A stretch of 64,000 bases of DNA, from contig BCKQ01000017.1 in assembly GCA_001600695.1 (NCBI GenBank), positions 222,629-286,628 of the forward strand, in the 5' to 3' direction. Source of the DNA: Ascoidea asiatica JCM 7603. Its lineage: Eukaryota > Fungi > Ascomycota. Position 1 is the stretch's first letter. Each line of letters begins with the position of its first letter. A program made the translations under genes and the position numbers. The notes beneath the pieces are model-generated. The model saw only the letters and a list, made by a program, of their open reading frames with translations. It ran no database searches and was not told where the DNA came from. Below, in pieces: positions 45,623 through 57,019 of this stretch.

Positions 45623-48600
45623 TTATTGAGCATCGTTTTCAAAATATTGATTTGGGCTAGCTTCTTCATTTTTTTTTCTATCCAGGATTGATTGAGAATC
45701 AACTGATATTGATCCAACTTCAGTGTCAACTGTTGAATTTACACTACTTTTTATTGACTGCATTTCAAACCCATTGTTTAATTTCATTTCCGACGTTGAA
45801 TCAATTGATGAAACTTGATGTGATGGTAATGTAGTTAATGGAGTTCCCATACTATTAGTATCTCCGCTAGTAACTCCAGAATTATTTGCTCCAATAATAG
45901 AAGCTCCACTACCAAGAATTACACTACTACCTGAACTACCTGTTGATGCCATTTCATTCATCATAGATTTAGCATAATTACTTAATTGAGTTTGAGCACT
46001 TTCTCTTGGTTCTAATCTCATTGATAACTCATATTGAGCATCAATACTTGGACATTCTTCAAACCAATTATCAAAGAAATGTTGAATTTCTGTAATTTCT
46101 TGAAATGGATAATAAACTGATTGATATTTAATTACATTTTTAATAACATCAACTGTTTTAACTCTTTTACTATAATTAATCACATTTTGATCATCATGAA
46201 GAAAATCAGAATTACCATCAATGATAAATGTCAATTCAGTCAAATAAACCCCAAAAAATGGAATACATGGTGTACTTCCAGAAAGATTACGTAAAACATC
46301 TCTGTATTCACTAAAATTCCTTTGAGGATCCATTAATCTTCTAATATTATCAAGTGAAGCTAATGTTCCTTCACTAACTTGAGCCCATGTTTTTTTCAAA
46401 CGATGAATTGGTGATGATGTTAATGCAGAAAAAATAGCTGTCATTGCAGAAAAATTATTGAATTGTCTACATTTTTCTGCAACTGCAACAAAATATCGAA
46501 TAATGTTAACCCTCTTTCTAATATCAGCTTTTCTCAAAATCATAAAAGATACAAAATATGTTAATCTATTAGAACTGGAAATGAAACTTGAAATACTTTT
46601 GGAACCACCTAAAGATCCATATTTATGGCCCCACGCTCTATCCAAACATTGTAATTGTGTAATTTTGGCATATAACATAAAATCTCTTAGAGTTATTTGT
46701 CTGGCAAATTCAACAAAATCAATATCTAAAAGTTTAATACGTTTCAATGATCTAGGCATAATAGGTGTTAAATCGTCTTGATTCAAAATACCAGCACCCC
46801 CAATTGTACCTGTAATATCACTAATACCAACTAATGACTCTTCAGTTATTTCGTAATCTTCACCATCACTGTCATTCTCATCTATTGCAGCAGAATGTTT
46901 TTCATGATGACTGTCGCTATGACGATGTCTTCTCTTCATTCTTTCTTTTAAAAATTGACTGTAGTCACTATACCTTTGTTCAAGTAAATTTTTGATAGTT
47001 TTAGATGTAGGAAATTCTTGTTGTAATAGGTAATTAACGAAAGAAGACCACTTCTCAAAAAGCTCCTTATCATAATATGTACTAATCCAAAATTTTTGTA
47101 ACAACATCTTCATTAAATTAACAGATCTTAATTTAATAGGATATGATTTTCTTTTAACCCATACATCATACTCTTCAAAGGTTAACCCTTCTGGTGCTTG
47201 ATTATTAAACCTTTCAATTAATAGGCTGACAAGCTCTGTTGGAGTCATCATACTTCTATAAGTTAATAAGAAAATATTATTAAAATTTGTATCAAGATGA
47301 TCGTGATGGGTTAAATGCGCAACTAAAGCGGCCTTTGTACCACCTTTAATCTGCCCTTTAGCATCATATATTAAATCATATTCCTCATCTGCATCCAAAT
47401 ACCATGGAACATCTTTAGCTGGGGATTTTATATGTGAAACACTATTGAGGTGAGATTTTGAATACCCTGTTGAGATTTGCTCATAAGATTCAGCATTGTG
47501 AAGTATACTTCCATTACTTTCGGAACGATCATTTTTCATCATTTCCATATTCAGATTTGAAATATCCATTACTCTTGAAGCATAGTTCAATATAGTTTCT
47601 CTTTCTTCTACCAATTGACCGACAATATAATTAACCACGTTAAGATTATTTTTGATTTTTTCTACCGTGCTTTTAGTTTCATGATATGAATCTATATATT
47701 GGCTTTCATCAATTTCGACATCCTCAATAATTAGAGACTTTTTCAAATTCATGGCCAATTTGTCTATCTGAGATGTTCCAAACTTATTAACATCAGCAAA
47801 TGGAGTGTTAATTGAATCTTGCTTAATGCTTTTGAAAACTTCAGGATCTTCAACAGTTATTTCTTGAGCGCACATAATTAAACAAGTTATAGAATTATGC
47901 AAATCTTGCTTCATTTCAAAGAACTCAATAAGAACAGGATAAGCATAAGCAACTACACCATCTTTATTTGCATGTGCACCTTCCTCCTCTTCATCGACAT
48001 TACGATCAGAGTGTCTATTAAAAACGCTAAAATCGAGTAATTCTAAAATATCCAAGACTTTGGTGGAAATAACTAAAGCTTTATAAACATTTGCCAATAT
48101 AGATAAGTTATATTGATTTATTTCCTCAAGTGTTTTATAATCATTCTCAAGAATCTCATTGTTTGGATTCTTACTATCCATTACCACCATTATTGTATCT
48201 AAAATATCCAATAGATTTTTGGTTCTTGATATTAACAAATTTAAGGTTTCTTTATTCAAAACTAATTTTGCTCTTAAACTTTTGTTTTGTCCTAACTTCT
48301 GACTCACATAGCTTGCTTCTGAACGATTTGATAGTGTTCTCATTAAACGGCCATCAGACTGATTGGAACCAGTATTTTTCATACCATTTTCAGTGATCTC
48401 AGAAGCATTCAGTTCAGAAGACTTGAATGGATTTTCAGGATCAGGAAAAAAGGGATTTTTCCAGCTACCCGCAGTAAAAAATCCTGTGAGAAATCTGGGA
48501 TAAACTTGAGGTAGCTTAAAATCATCTTCATTGATATTTTCTGGTTCAGTACTTTTTGGTTTATTTGCCATTCGCTCTTCGTTGGCGATCTTGGCTTTGT

Positions 48601-50845
48601 AAAGTTTATGGAAAGTTTCAACACAAGCAGATACATGCTTCTTCAAAATATTCGATTCAACTTCTGCTTGATGAATGTAAGAAGCACCACTTGAAATTTC
48701 ATCAGACTCTGATTTTTTTGTTTCTTTATTACTAGTTGATTTCTCAGTAATATCAACCTCGGCATCATTTTCAACATCTGAAGATTCAGCGGATTCCAAT
48801 TCGTCGTGTAGCTGTTGTACCTCTTGGATGAGTTTTTCTTTGTCTTGAGTTTCATTTTCAGAAATTTCGCTCTTTGATTCTTCGGGCTCCTCTTCTTTTA
48901 CAGATTCACTTAAATACAAGTTACCATTAACACCAATTTGGGCAATACATCTGGCAATTCTTCTTAATCTCTTTTGAAGACCAACATCCATACCATAATT
49001 TTTCAATGTTGCTCTTAATAATCTAGCAGAAAGATGAATTAATATGCATAATCGACTGATAATATTGAAATAATTTAAAAAATTGTTTTTTTCTACTTTT
49101 CTTAAAGATAAAATAGTTAAATTAACAAAAAACATAATGGTTTTCTCTAATCCTTTCCATGTGGTTATATCGGAAGGATTATCATAAAATAAGCCAGGTA
49201 ATATTAACAAGGATTTTGAATTTAAAAAGGAGGAATTTGAGGAAAATACTGAAGATTTTGATTTCGAACGAATTCTTTGATTTGGTGGACGACCAAAAAT
49301 ATTGATCTCATGAGAATTGGATAGTTCAGAATAATCTAATTTTAATGGTTCATTAAATTTTATGGTTGGTTTTGAATTTGAGTCTGAAGAATTGAACGGA
49401 AATTTAAAATATGGTATTTTATTACAATACACTTTTAAATCAGGATTATAATAAATTAGCCTACTTGTTTTAGGATTCAACCTTGGAATCCACATTAAAG
49501 GTTTTTCTAAATTGATTGAATTAATATTTTCTTTTATTATATTTAAAATTTCACTTGCTGATAGTATTTGATTTTCTTTAGATTTAAATTCAAATTTATT
49601 TGAATTTGATTTTTGTTTGGATAATAAATTTTCATTGGATTTTTTATTGTTTAAAGATAAAGAAGATTGCTGTTTCAACTTAGACAATTCTTCAGCGGTA
49701 CTATTACTTCTATTTCTAGAACGAATTGATGAAGACATATGTTTTAAAGCAGAAGGAGATAATTCTTGTTGTTGTGATTGTTTATTTATCAAATCGTTGG
49801 ATGGGTTGTTAGTAACTAAAGTGGAATTTATAGTAGATGGATTATTTAATACATTGATTGATCTTGTATAGGAAGAAGGAAACCAACCTCTAGGAGCAAC
49901 AGAAGGAAGCTGTACTGGATTTTCAAATATAATACCATTCCACCAACCTGAGGCAGCTTTATCCAAAACGTATATGATCTCTCCTTGTTTTAAAGTTAAA
50001 ATATGTTGTTGAGTTGATAAGTAGTCAAAAGAAACTTCAACTATATCAATTGGTTTATTTTGTAATTTTTTAATATTATTTATGATTTGTTCATAATCTA
50101 AGGTATTGAAATTTTTATTTGCATTTGCAATATTATTTGGTAATGGATTATTGCTTATATTATGATTATTAGAAATATTAGTATTGCTATTATTATTATT
50201 GCTATTGTTATTGATGCTATTACTATTGTTATTGTTATTGTTATTACTATTGTTATTCGATGATAGAGGCATATTGTTATTGTTAATATTCGATGTTGAA
50301 GTTGTATTGATTGGACTTGAATTATTAGATTTATTTAATTTTTTTATATCAATTAAGTTTGTAGTAATTGTAGGTTGAGAACCAGTTAAAACAGGGTTTG
50401 AAACTTGTGGAAAAGTACCTGAAGCTGAATTAGAAGTTGTATTAGATAACTTGGTTACTACTAAAGTTGTACTAGAATTAGTAGCTGAATTTAAATTTGA
50501 TGGAGAAGTTACTGATGGAGGTACAATTTTTGTAGAAGAAATAGAAGAAGAAGTACTACTGGCTTTAGAATTAGTATTTGAACTTGATTTATTTGAAGAA
50601 AACGAAGAGGAAAATAAACTTGAAGATTTATTCAATTTGGAATTAATTTTTGATTTTGTTGAAATAGATTGATCTTCATTTGATTTTGCTGAATTAGTAG
50701 AAGAAGTACTAGAACCTGCAGAATTATTATTTGAAGTAAGATTTAAAGATGGAGGTTTAATTTTTGTTTGAGAAGATGATGAAGAGGAAGAAGGATTTGA
50801 AGATTTACTTGATTTATGCCTTGAGGAAATGAACATTGGAGCCAT
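45623..50845 (-). CDS. CDC25: Ras guanine nucleotide exchange factor (SH3 + REM + RasGEF), Cdc25/Sdc25 type
   Basis: SH3 (FDY...GEIIYVLDKAASGWWNG...RGWFPSSY), REM (IKGGTKAALVAHLT...FLLTYRS), catalytic domain (ARQITL...NNFS...PIHRLKKTW...PCIPFFGVYLTEL). Confidence 0.88.
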   Translation of the reverse strand: MAPMFISSRHKSSKSSNPSSSSSSSQTKIKPPSLNLTSNNNSAGSSTSSTNSAKSNEDQSISTKSKINSKLNKSSSLFSSSFSSNKSSSNTNSKASSTSSSISSTKIVPPSVTSPSNLNSATNSSTTLVVTKLSNTTSNSASGTFPQVSNPVLTGSQPTITTNLIDIKKLNKSNNSSPINTTSTSNINNNNMPLSSNNNSNNNNNNNSNSINNNSNNNNSNTNISNNHNISNNPLPNNIANANKNFNTLDYEQIINNIKKLQNKPIDIVEVSFDYLSTQQHILTLKQGEIIYVLDKAASGWWNGIIFENPVQLPSVAPRGWFPSSYTRSINVLNNPSTINSTLVTNNPSNDLINKQSQQQELSPSALKHMSSSIRSRNRSNSTAEELSKLKQQSSLSLNNKKSNENLLSKQKSNSNKFEFKSKENQILSASEILNIIKENINSINLEKPLMWIPRLNPKTSRLIYYNPDLKVYCNKIPYFKFPFNSSDSNSKPTIKFNEPLKLDYSELSNSHEINIFGRPPNQRIRSKSKSSVFSSNSSFLNSKSLLILPGLFYDNPSDITTWKGLEKTIMFFVNLTILSLRKVEKNNFLNYFNIISRLCILIHLSARLLRATLKNYGMDVGLQKRLRRIARCIAQIGVNGNLYLSESVKEEEPEESKSEISENETQDKEKLIQEVQQLHDELESAESSDVENDAEVDITEKSTSNKETKKSESDEISSGASYIHQAEVESNILKKHVSACVETFHKLYKAKIANEERMANKPKSTEPENINEDDFKLPQVYPRFLTGFFTAGSWKNPFFPDPENPFKSSELNASEITENGMKNTGSNQSDGRLMRTLSNRSEASYVSQKLGQNKSLRAKLVLNKETLNLLISRTKNLLDILDTIMVVMDSKNPNNEILENDYKTLEEINQYNLSILANVYKALVISTKVLDILELLDFSVFNRHSDRNVDEEEEGAHANKDGVVAYAYPVLIEFFEMKQDLHNSITCLIMCAQEITVEDPEVFKSIKQDSINTPFADVNKFGTSQIDKLAMNLKKSLIIEDVEIDESQYIDSYHETKSTVEKIKNNLNVVNYIVGQLVEERETILNYASRVMDISNLNMEMMKNDRSESNGSILHNAESYEQISTGYSKSHLNSVSHIKSPAKDVPWYLDADEEYDLIYDAKGQIKGGTKAALVAHLTHHDHLDTNFNNIFLLTYRSMMTPTELVSLLIERFNNQAPEGLTFEEYDVWVKRKSYPIKLRSVNLMKMLLQKFWISTYYDKELFEKWSSFVNYLLQQEFPTSKTIKNLLEQRYSDYSQFLKERMKRRHRHSDSHHEKHSAAIDENDSDGEDYEITEESLVGISDITGTIGGAGILNQDDLTPIMPRSLKRIKLLDIDFVEFARQITLRDFMLYAKITQLQCLDRAWGHKYGSLGGSKSISSFISSSNRLTYFVSFMILRKADIRKRVNIIRYFVAVAEKCRQFNNFSAMTAIFSALTSSPIHRLKKTWAQVSEGTLASLDNIRRLMDPQRNFSEYRDVLRNLSGSTPCIPFFGVYLTELTFIIDGNSDFLHDDQNVINYSKRVKTVDVIKNVIKYQSVYYPFQEITEIQHFFDNWFEECPSIDAQYELSMRLEPRESAQTQLSNYAKSMMNEMASTGSSGSSVILGSGASIIGANNSGVTSGDTNSMGTPLTTLPSHQVSSIDSTSEMKLNNGFEMQSIKSSVNSTVDTEVGSISVDSQSILDRKKNEEASPNQYFENDAQ

Positions 50846-53800
50846 AATATTTATAACTCAATATAAAATTTGAGCAAAACAAAAAAAGAGTAGTAATAAA
50901 TTATAATGCTAATTGATAAATTATTCAGACTAATTATAATTTATTATAATCTAATTCAATTAAATTGAATTGAATACTTTTCTATTTTAACTGATATAAG
51001 AATTAAAATGAAAAGATTAACAAAAATTAATATGTTGATAATTGTATTAAAATAATTATGAGTATGATTAATTGAAAAATAAAGTCTATTGTTTGTATGG
51101 AATACGCCTTTAGTAATGAGATTGTAATGTAGAATGTAATGAAAATGTATTGTAAATGTATTGTATTGTTATTTGTTAGGTTTATGTGTGTAGGCAAAAG
51201 GTGTCGTTGAAAGGCAGCAAAAATGCAAGAAACTGATGAAGTGTTTAAAATTGAAGAAAACAACCCCCCAAATTAGAAAAAGGACAACGATAAATGAACA
51301 ATAAAGGATAAAAGTAGAAATAAAAAGAACTAGTCTAAGAAATGAAAAATAATTGATTATAGCAATTGAATTATTACAGTAAATAGTAGTAAATTGATTG
51401 ATTTGATGAATTAATATAGTGTTGAAATATATTTTACTTTATTTTATGGTAGTGTAGGTAACTTTACTATTTGTAGAACTGAAAAACTGAAGAACTGTAG
51501 AATATAAGCAGACTAACTTTTTTTTGATTTTTCAATTGCTTTATTTTTTTTAACTACTTTTTTAATTATTTAATTGATTCTTATTGGAATTGAATTGATG
51601 AAAAAATCTTAATATTAAATATGTTAAGATAAATATTTTACTTTTTTAGAAGTCTAATGGTGGTAAATATCTTTAATTTAATATTTTGAAAATTTGAATA
51701 AAATTTGAAAAAAATAAATTAATAAAAAAAAACAGAAGTTTTCAAAAACAGTGGTGAAAATTTATTGATAAAGTAAACAAATCCGAGCAGACAAAAAAAC
51801 AAGAATGAAAATATTAAATAATAAATAAAATAAAATAAATTTTAATAAATTGTTACTCAAACTTTTTAATTTTCATAATATTATAAAGGAATAAAGAAAG
51901 GATTGAAATTGGATAATTTTTTTCAAAAATATTTCAATTGAATTGAAGAAAAATGAAAAGAAAATGAGAGGGAAAAGATTTCAATGTTAAAAACTGGTAG
52001 GTTGTGTATCAAAATATGAAAATGAATAATATTAAAATGAATAGAAGATGAATATGAATATAAATATGAATACAAATCTAAAGAAGGGTTGAAAAAAATA
52101 GTACGGTACTGTACGGTAGATTGGTGCTACTGCTGGTAGATTAATAAAATGTCGTGTTCGTGAATTAAATTAAGTTAATGATAGGGCCCAGTAGGCCAGT
52201 ATGTTAAGCTAGAGTAATATGGTAAAAAAAAATATGGGATAATATTGAAACTGAAACTGAAACTGATTGTTGTAGTTGTAATGAGAAGTACTTTTATTTA
52301 GTTTATTATTTATCTGCAGATGAATAATATGTTGCAACAGGAATTTATTTTTTATTTCATACTGGTAAAAGAATAAAGAGAGAAAAAAAAAAGAGAAGAA
52401 GAAGAGCAAAAAAAAGGTTGACAGTTTGAATTTGAATTTAAAAAAAAGTTGAATCAAAATTGAGTTATTAAATAAGATGCCCAAGATATATTATATGCGA
52501 AAATTGTTTGGTTTATGTTTGATTTAACAAAGAAGTTGCAGAGATTTATTCAGGAATATGCAAAGGCAATAATTATTAATTGGTAATTATTGATTATCAG
52601 TTATTATTTATCAATTATTAATTATCAATTATTAATTATTAATTATTATCAATAAAGATTTTATAGAATCGTGTTGAAGTTGGTGAAGTTGGTGAAGTTG
52701 ATAAAAATATTACAATTCTTGATCTTGAACTTGCTGCTCTTGAAGGATTGAAATAAATAATTTTGGTAAATAGATTTGAAGAGTAATAAAGTTTCCAGCT
52801 ACTTTTTCAAAGAGAAAAACAGCGACGATTTCGAGCCACCTGCTTTTTGGCTGGAGTGGTAACTTTAGCAAGACGGTATTGGCACTGCCGTTCTGGCGAC
52901 TATGGCGGTGGTTGTGATTGAACTTGTGAATGAACTTGCGAAGCTGTTGCCACGCACTGAGTTTTGAAGCCTGAGCTCTGAGCTCTGGCAAAGTCACAAA
53001 CAACCTCCTGGGAGTTACAACCATCTGGACGGGTGATGCTCATCAGAAGAAGAACACTTCAATTGCAGTGTGTTTGTTGTGTAGATTATGGCGTACTTAT
53101 GGAATGGCAGTGGGTTTTGTAATTCTACTGAGCAACGATTGCCAGCGTAGTAAGCCGGTATTCATACCTCTGCCACTTGTAACTGAGGCCCCCAAAGGCT
53201 TGGGAGAACACAGAAATAGCACAAGAAGCAAAAGCACCACAAACACACTCACAGTCACAGTCACAAACACAGACTCAAACCACACAATGAACACGAATAC
53301 GAATACGAACACAAACACGAACTGAAGATTCTAGCCAGAATTCTCACCAGAATTTTCACAGGCTTTGCAACTGCCACTCCAGTACCTTGTAACTGGTAAC
53401 TAGCAATAATTGTTCCAGTTCATAAGGTTTCAGGTTATCTTTTTTGGAAAACGCCTGAAGTGTCATTTTTTCTCACTATTTTATCAGCCATGTGCAGTAT
53501 GCGAAGTGAGCTCAGCGGAATCTGCAACCAGCCACGGGTCGATCCGCGGAATTTGATTGCGCAAGAAATACGTAGATTAAGACCATATTTGTGGATGCAA
53601 TGCTTCTGATTCACATAACATTCAAACTAACAGATATAAGCAGCAACCCACATAGCAATTGAAGTTCATTAGCCACGTGAACGTTTGTGGCCATTTGTGT
53701 GGAACTCTCTGGAGATGTGGAGGTGAGGATTCAAAACCTTAATTTCCTGTCACACTCATCGCAGTTTTCACAGTCTTCCAGAAACCATAAAAAGCAAAAA

Positions 53801-54560
53801 AAGCAAAAAAAGCAAAAAAGAGAATAAAAAGAATTAAAAAAATAAACAAACTAAAGAAGCTAAATTTTTGTTGAGAGCAACTCAATGGAAATTGCAATAT
53901 TAACTCTAATATTAATTTCATATTGATGTAAATATGAAATTGAAATGTGTATGATTGCTCAATGAAATAGTTTCAGTGCTGGTAACTAATATTATCATAA
54001 GATATTCAAATATTAAAAGATCAAAAAATTAAAATATTTCCATTTTCCTTTCCAACTAATTTGGAGCAACTAACTTTTAATTCGATCACATCTTTTCTAA
54101 TGAATAATCAATTATATCATTGCAACTACTAGTAGTATTTTCTCCAGTTCTTTAAAATCTTTAAAGTATCTAATTATTCAAATCTTTAGCCATTTAATTC
54201 AATACTTCAAATCTTCAAATCTTCAAATATTTAGATCTAATTTCAATTCTAGACATTTATGATTATTTTTATATCTATTGAAAATACAATACTATATAAA
54301 TAATCTAGTTGCTTATTTATTTTCTAATTCTCATTTATATATTTTTGAGCTAATTTACTTCAAATTAATATAAATTAATATTATCTTCCTCTATTTTTCT
54401 TCTCCCTTTACATTTTTCAATTATTATTCAATATTTAATATATATAATTTGGAATAATCTTGTATTTAATATCAAATATTAATTTATTCATCTATTTCTT
54501 CAATTATTCAATTATTCAATTATTAAGCCATACTGTAACCACATATAAAATTTATTAGTG

Positions 54561-56747
54561 ATGAAGATCTTCAAAAATCTTTTTTTTATAATAACTGTTT
54601 CTCAATTATCATTAGCTTCTATTTTCAGTTCAAATAACAAGAATGATAATTCCCCATCTTTAAAAAATGCTTATTCTTCTTGGGATTTAAATGAAATGAA
54701 AGATTTTTTAAACGATCGTCAAATCTCTTTTAATAGAAATTTAAATCCAACAGAAATTAAATCTTTGGTTGAAAAAGAATGGTTAAATTTATTAGATTCT
54801 AAAAACCCAAAAAAAAATTATTGGTATTCTCCAAATTTATTTTCTCAAAAATTCTTTTCCTCTTCAAATAAAGATGATATCAACGTCCATGATTCTGATA
54901 ATGATAGTAATGATAATGATAATGATAATAAAAATTATAACTATAATTTAAATCCAAATGCTTATAATTCTGATTTTACTAATTGGTATTTTAATTCTTG
55001 GTCAAAAAAAGATTTGTATAAATTCTTGCACAAAAATAATATTCCACTACCTGATTCAACAAGCTACGCAAATATCTCAAAAGAAAATCTAATTAAAACT
55101 ATTCAAGATAATTTCAATGAAATTGCAAAAAAGAATAATCATTCTGGCAGTTATCCTTCCGATTGGCTATTTAAGTATTGGTCTTTATCTTCCTTAAAAA
55201 GCTGGTTAAATCATCATGATATCAATTATAATAAACATTCAATTTCAAAAAATGATTTAATCAAAAAAATTCGTCAAAATATTTTTTTAGCTTCTTTAGA
55301 TTTTCAAGATTCAACTGATAATCTATTCAAAGATTTACAATTATCAAAAGCTTCTTTATATGATAAGTCTGGTAATTTAAAATCTGATGTATTTGATTCT
55401 TGGACTAATTCTCAATTATATGGTTGGCTATATTCTCATAATTTATTCTCTTCTGATTTATCTGATAATGAAGACTCTAAAGACAATGAAGATTCTAGTG
55501 AAGATGATGTTGATGATAAAACTATTGAAAATATTAAAAATAAATATTATTATAATAAGGATGAATTATTAAAAATTGCAAATGAAAATAAAAATCAATT
55601 ACAAAATGATATCAAATCTTGGACAGAAAAAATTTCAACAACTGTTTCTCCAATTTTATCAAAAGGAACTGATGCCTCAAAAAATTTAATCTCAGATACT
55701 TTCAAATTAAATATTGATGATTGGCAAAAAGATAGATTAAAAGCTTATTTAAAATCAAGAGATGTTTATTATCCAAATTTTGCAAGTAAAAATGAATTAG
55801 TTAAATTAGTTAAATCCAATAATTATAAACCAAGTAACTTATTTCCTTCTTGGCCTAATATGCCAGGCATGCCCAATATACCAAATAAACCAAATTTCCT
55901 AAAATCTGAAAAAGAATTAAAAGATGAAGAAACTATAAAGGATAAGTCTGGTAATGTTTTAAATTCGATTTATTCCTTTACTTCTGATGAATCAATCAAA
56001 TCATGGTTTACTAAAAATAAATATAAAAAATTTAATGCAAAAAATCAAGAGATTAACTATGATTGGTTATTTCAAGGTTGGACAATTGAGTCTTTAAAAT
56101 TATTTTTACAACAAAATGGAAGATCTATTGAAGGAACTCCAAATCAATTGATTATTAGAGCTTCTCAATTATATAAAGATTTAGTTTCAAGTGAAATGAG
56201 TGACAAAGCTAAAAATGTTGCAGATAAAGCTCTTGAGAGTGGCTCAAGTCTTTTCAATTTTGGTAAAAAAAAAGCTGAAGACCTCAAAAATGAAGCTAAT
56301 AAACAATATCAAAAAAATGTTCAAACTGATAGCTCCTCTTCATTTTCTGATAGAATGAAAACAAAATTTTTAGGCCAAACAGTTGAACCAACGTTTTTAG
56401 AAAAGGTTAAAAACACTATTTTTGGTTACTCTAACAGTAATAATAGTTTTAAACAAAATTTGAGTAATTATTTCAATTTTAATTCATGGAGTGAAAATGA
56501 ACTAATAACTTATTTGAAATCCTTCGGTGTTAAAATCCCAGCTACTACTAAAGATAAAATCAGTAAGGATAAACTAATTTTATTAGCAAGTGAAAATACC
56601 GATTATTATATGGGAACTGATTTATATAAACGCTATGATAATTCCATGTATGGTAAAATCAAAAGAACTGGTAATAGTGTTTTTGAATCTATTTTATTAC
56701 TTTTTTCAAACTCGATTAGTTATTTGGGATTTAGCCATAATGATTAG
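54561..56747 (+). CDS. MSC1: Ish1/Msc1-family nuclear-envelope/ER lumenal stress protein
   Basis: Signal peptide; repeated W-S/T-xxxL-xx-W/F/Y-L Ish1-type units (WDLNEMKDFL, WSKKDLYKFL, WSLSSLKSWL, WTNSQLYGWL, WSENELITYL); ATG at 54561. Confidence 0.78.
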   Translation: MKIFKNLFFIITVSQLSLASIFSSNNKNDNSPSLKNAYSSWDLNEMKDFLNDRQISFNRNLNPTEIKSLVEKEWLNLLDSKNPKKNYWYSPNLFSQKFFSSSNKDDINVHDSDNDSNDNDNDNKNYNYNLNPNAYNSDFTNWYFNSWSKKDLYKFLHKNNIPLPDSTSYANISKENLIKTIQDNFNEIAKKNNHSGSYPSDWLFKYWSLSSLKSWLNHHDINYNKHSISKNDLIKKIRQNIFLASLDFQDSTDNLFKDLQLSKASLYDKSGNLKSDVFDSWTNSQLYGWLYSHNLFSSDLSDNEDSKDNEDSSEDDVDDKTIENIKNKYYYNKDELLKIANENKNQLQNDIKSWTEKISTTVSPILSKGTDASKNLISDTFKLNIDDWQKDRLKAYLKSRDVYYPNFASKNELVKLVKSNNYKPSNLFPSWPNMPGMPNIPNKPNFLKSEKELKDEETIKDKSGNVLNSIYSFTSDESIKSWFTKNKYKKFNAKNQEINYDWLFQGWTIESLKLFLQQNGRSIEGTPNQLIIRASQLYKDLVSSEMSDKAKNVADKALESGSSLFNFGKKKAEDLKNEANKQYQKNVQTDSSSSFSDRMKTKFLGQTVEPTFLEKVKNTIFGYSNSNNSFKQNLSNYFNFNSWSENELITYLKSFGVKIPATTKDKISKDKLILLASENTDYYMGTDLYKRYDNSMYGKIKRTGNSVFESILLLFSNSISYLGFSHND

Positions 56748-57019
56748 GTAAGACTATATTGACGATATTTTATTATAAAGTATCAAACTCTATATCAATG
56801 CAATCTATCTAATTCATGTTTAAATCAAAAAAAAACTTAAAGTACGTACCGGATTTAATATAATATATAACAGCTTCCTTTATAGCACTCTCCTTATATT
56901 ACTTTTAATATCAAAATTTTTTTATATTTTAGTTTAAGTATTCCAAAAAAATAAACAAGTGTATTTTTATGCCCAATTGAACTACGCTCATATATATTTA
57001 AAATTGAACAATATATGTT

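Noticed and set aside
17048-50845. Functional cluster of Rho-like, SKT5 and CDC25 as a morphogenesis system
   Set aside because: Genes are widely spaced among unrelated housekeeping genes; no evidence beyond chance neighbourhood
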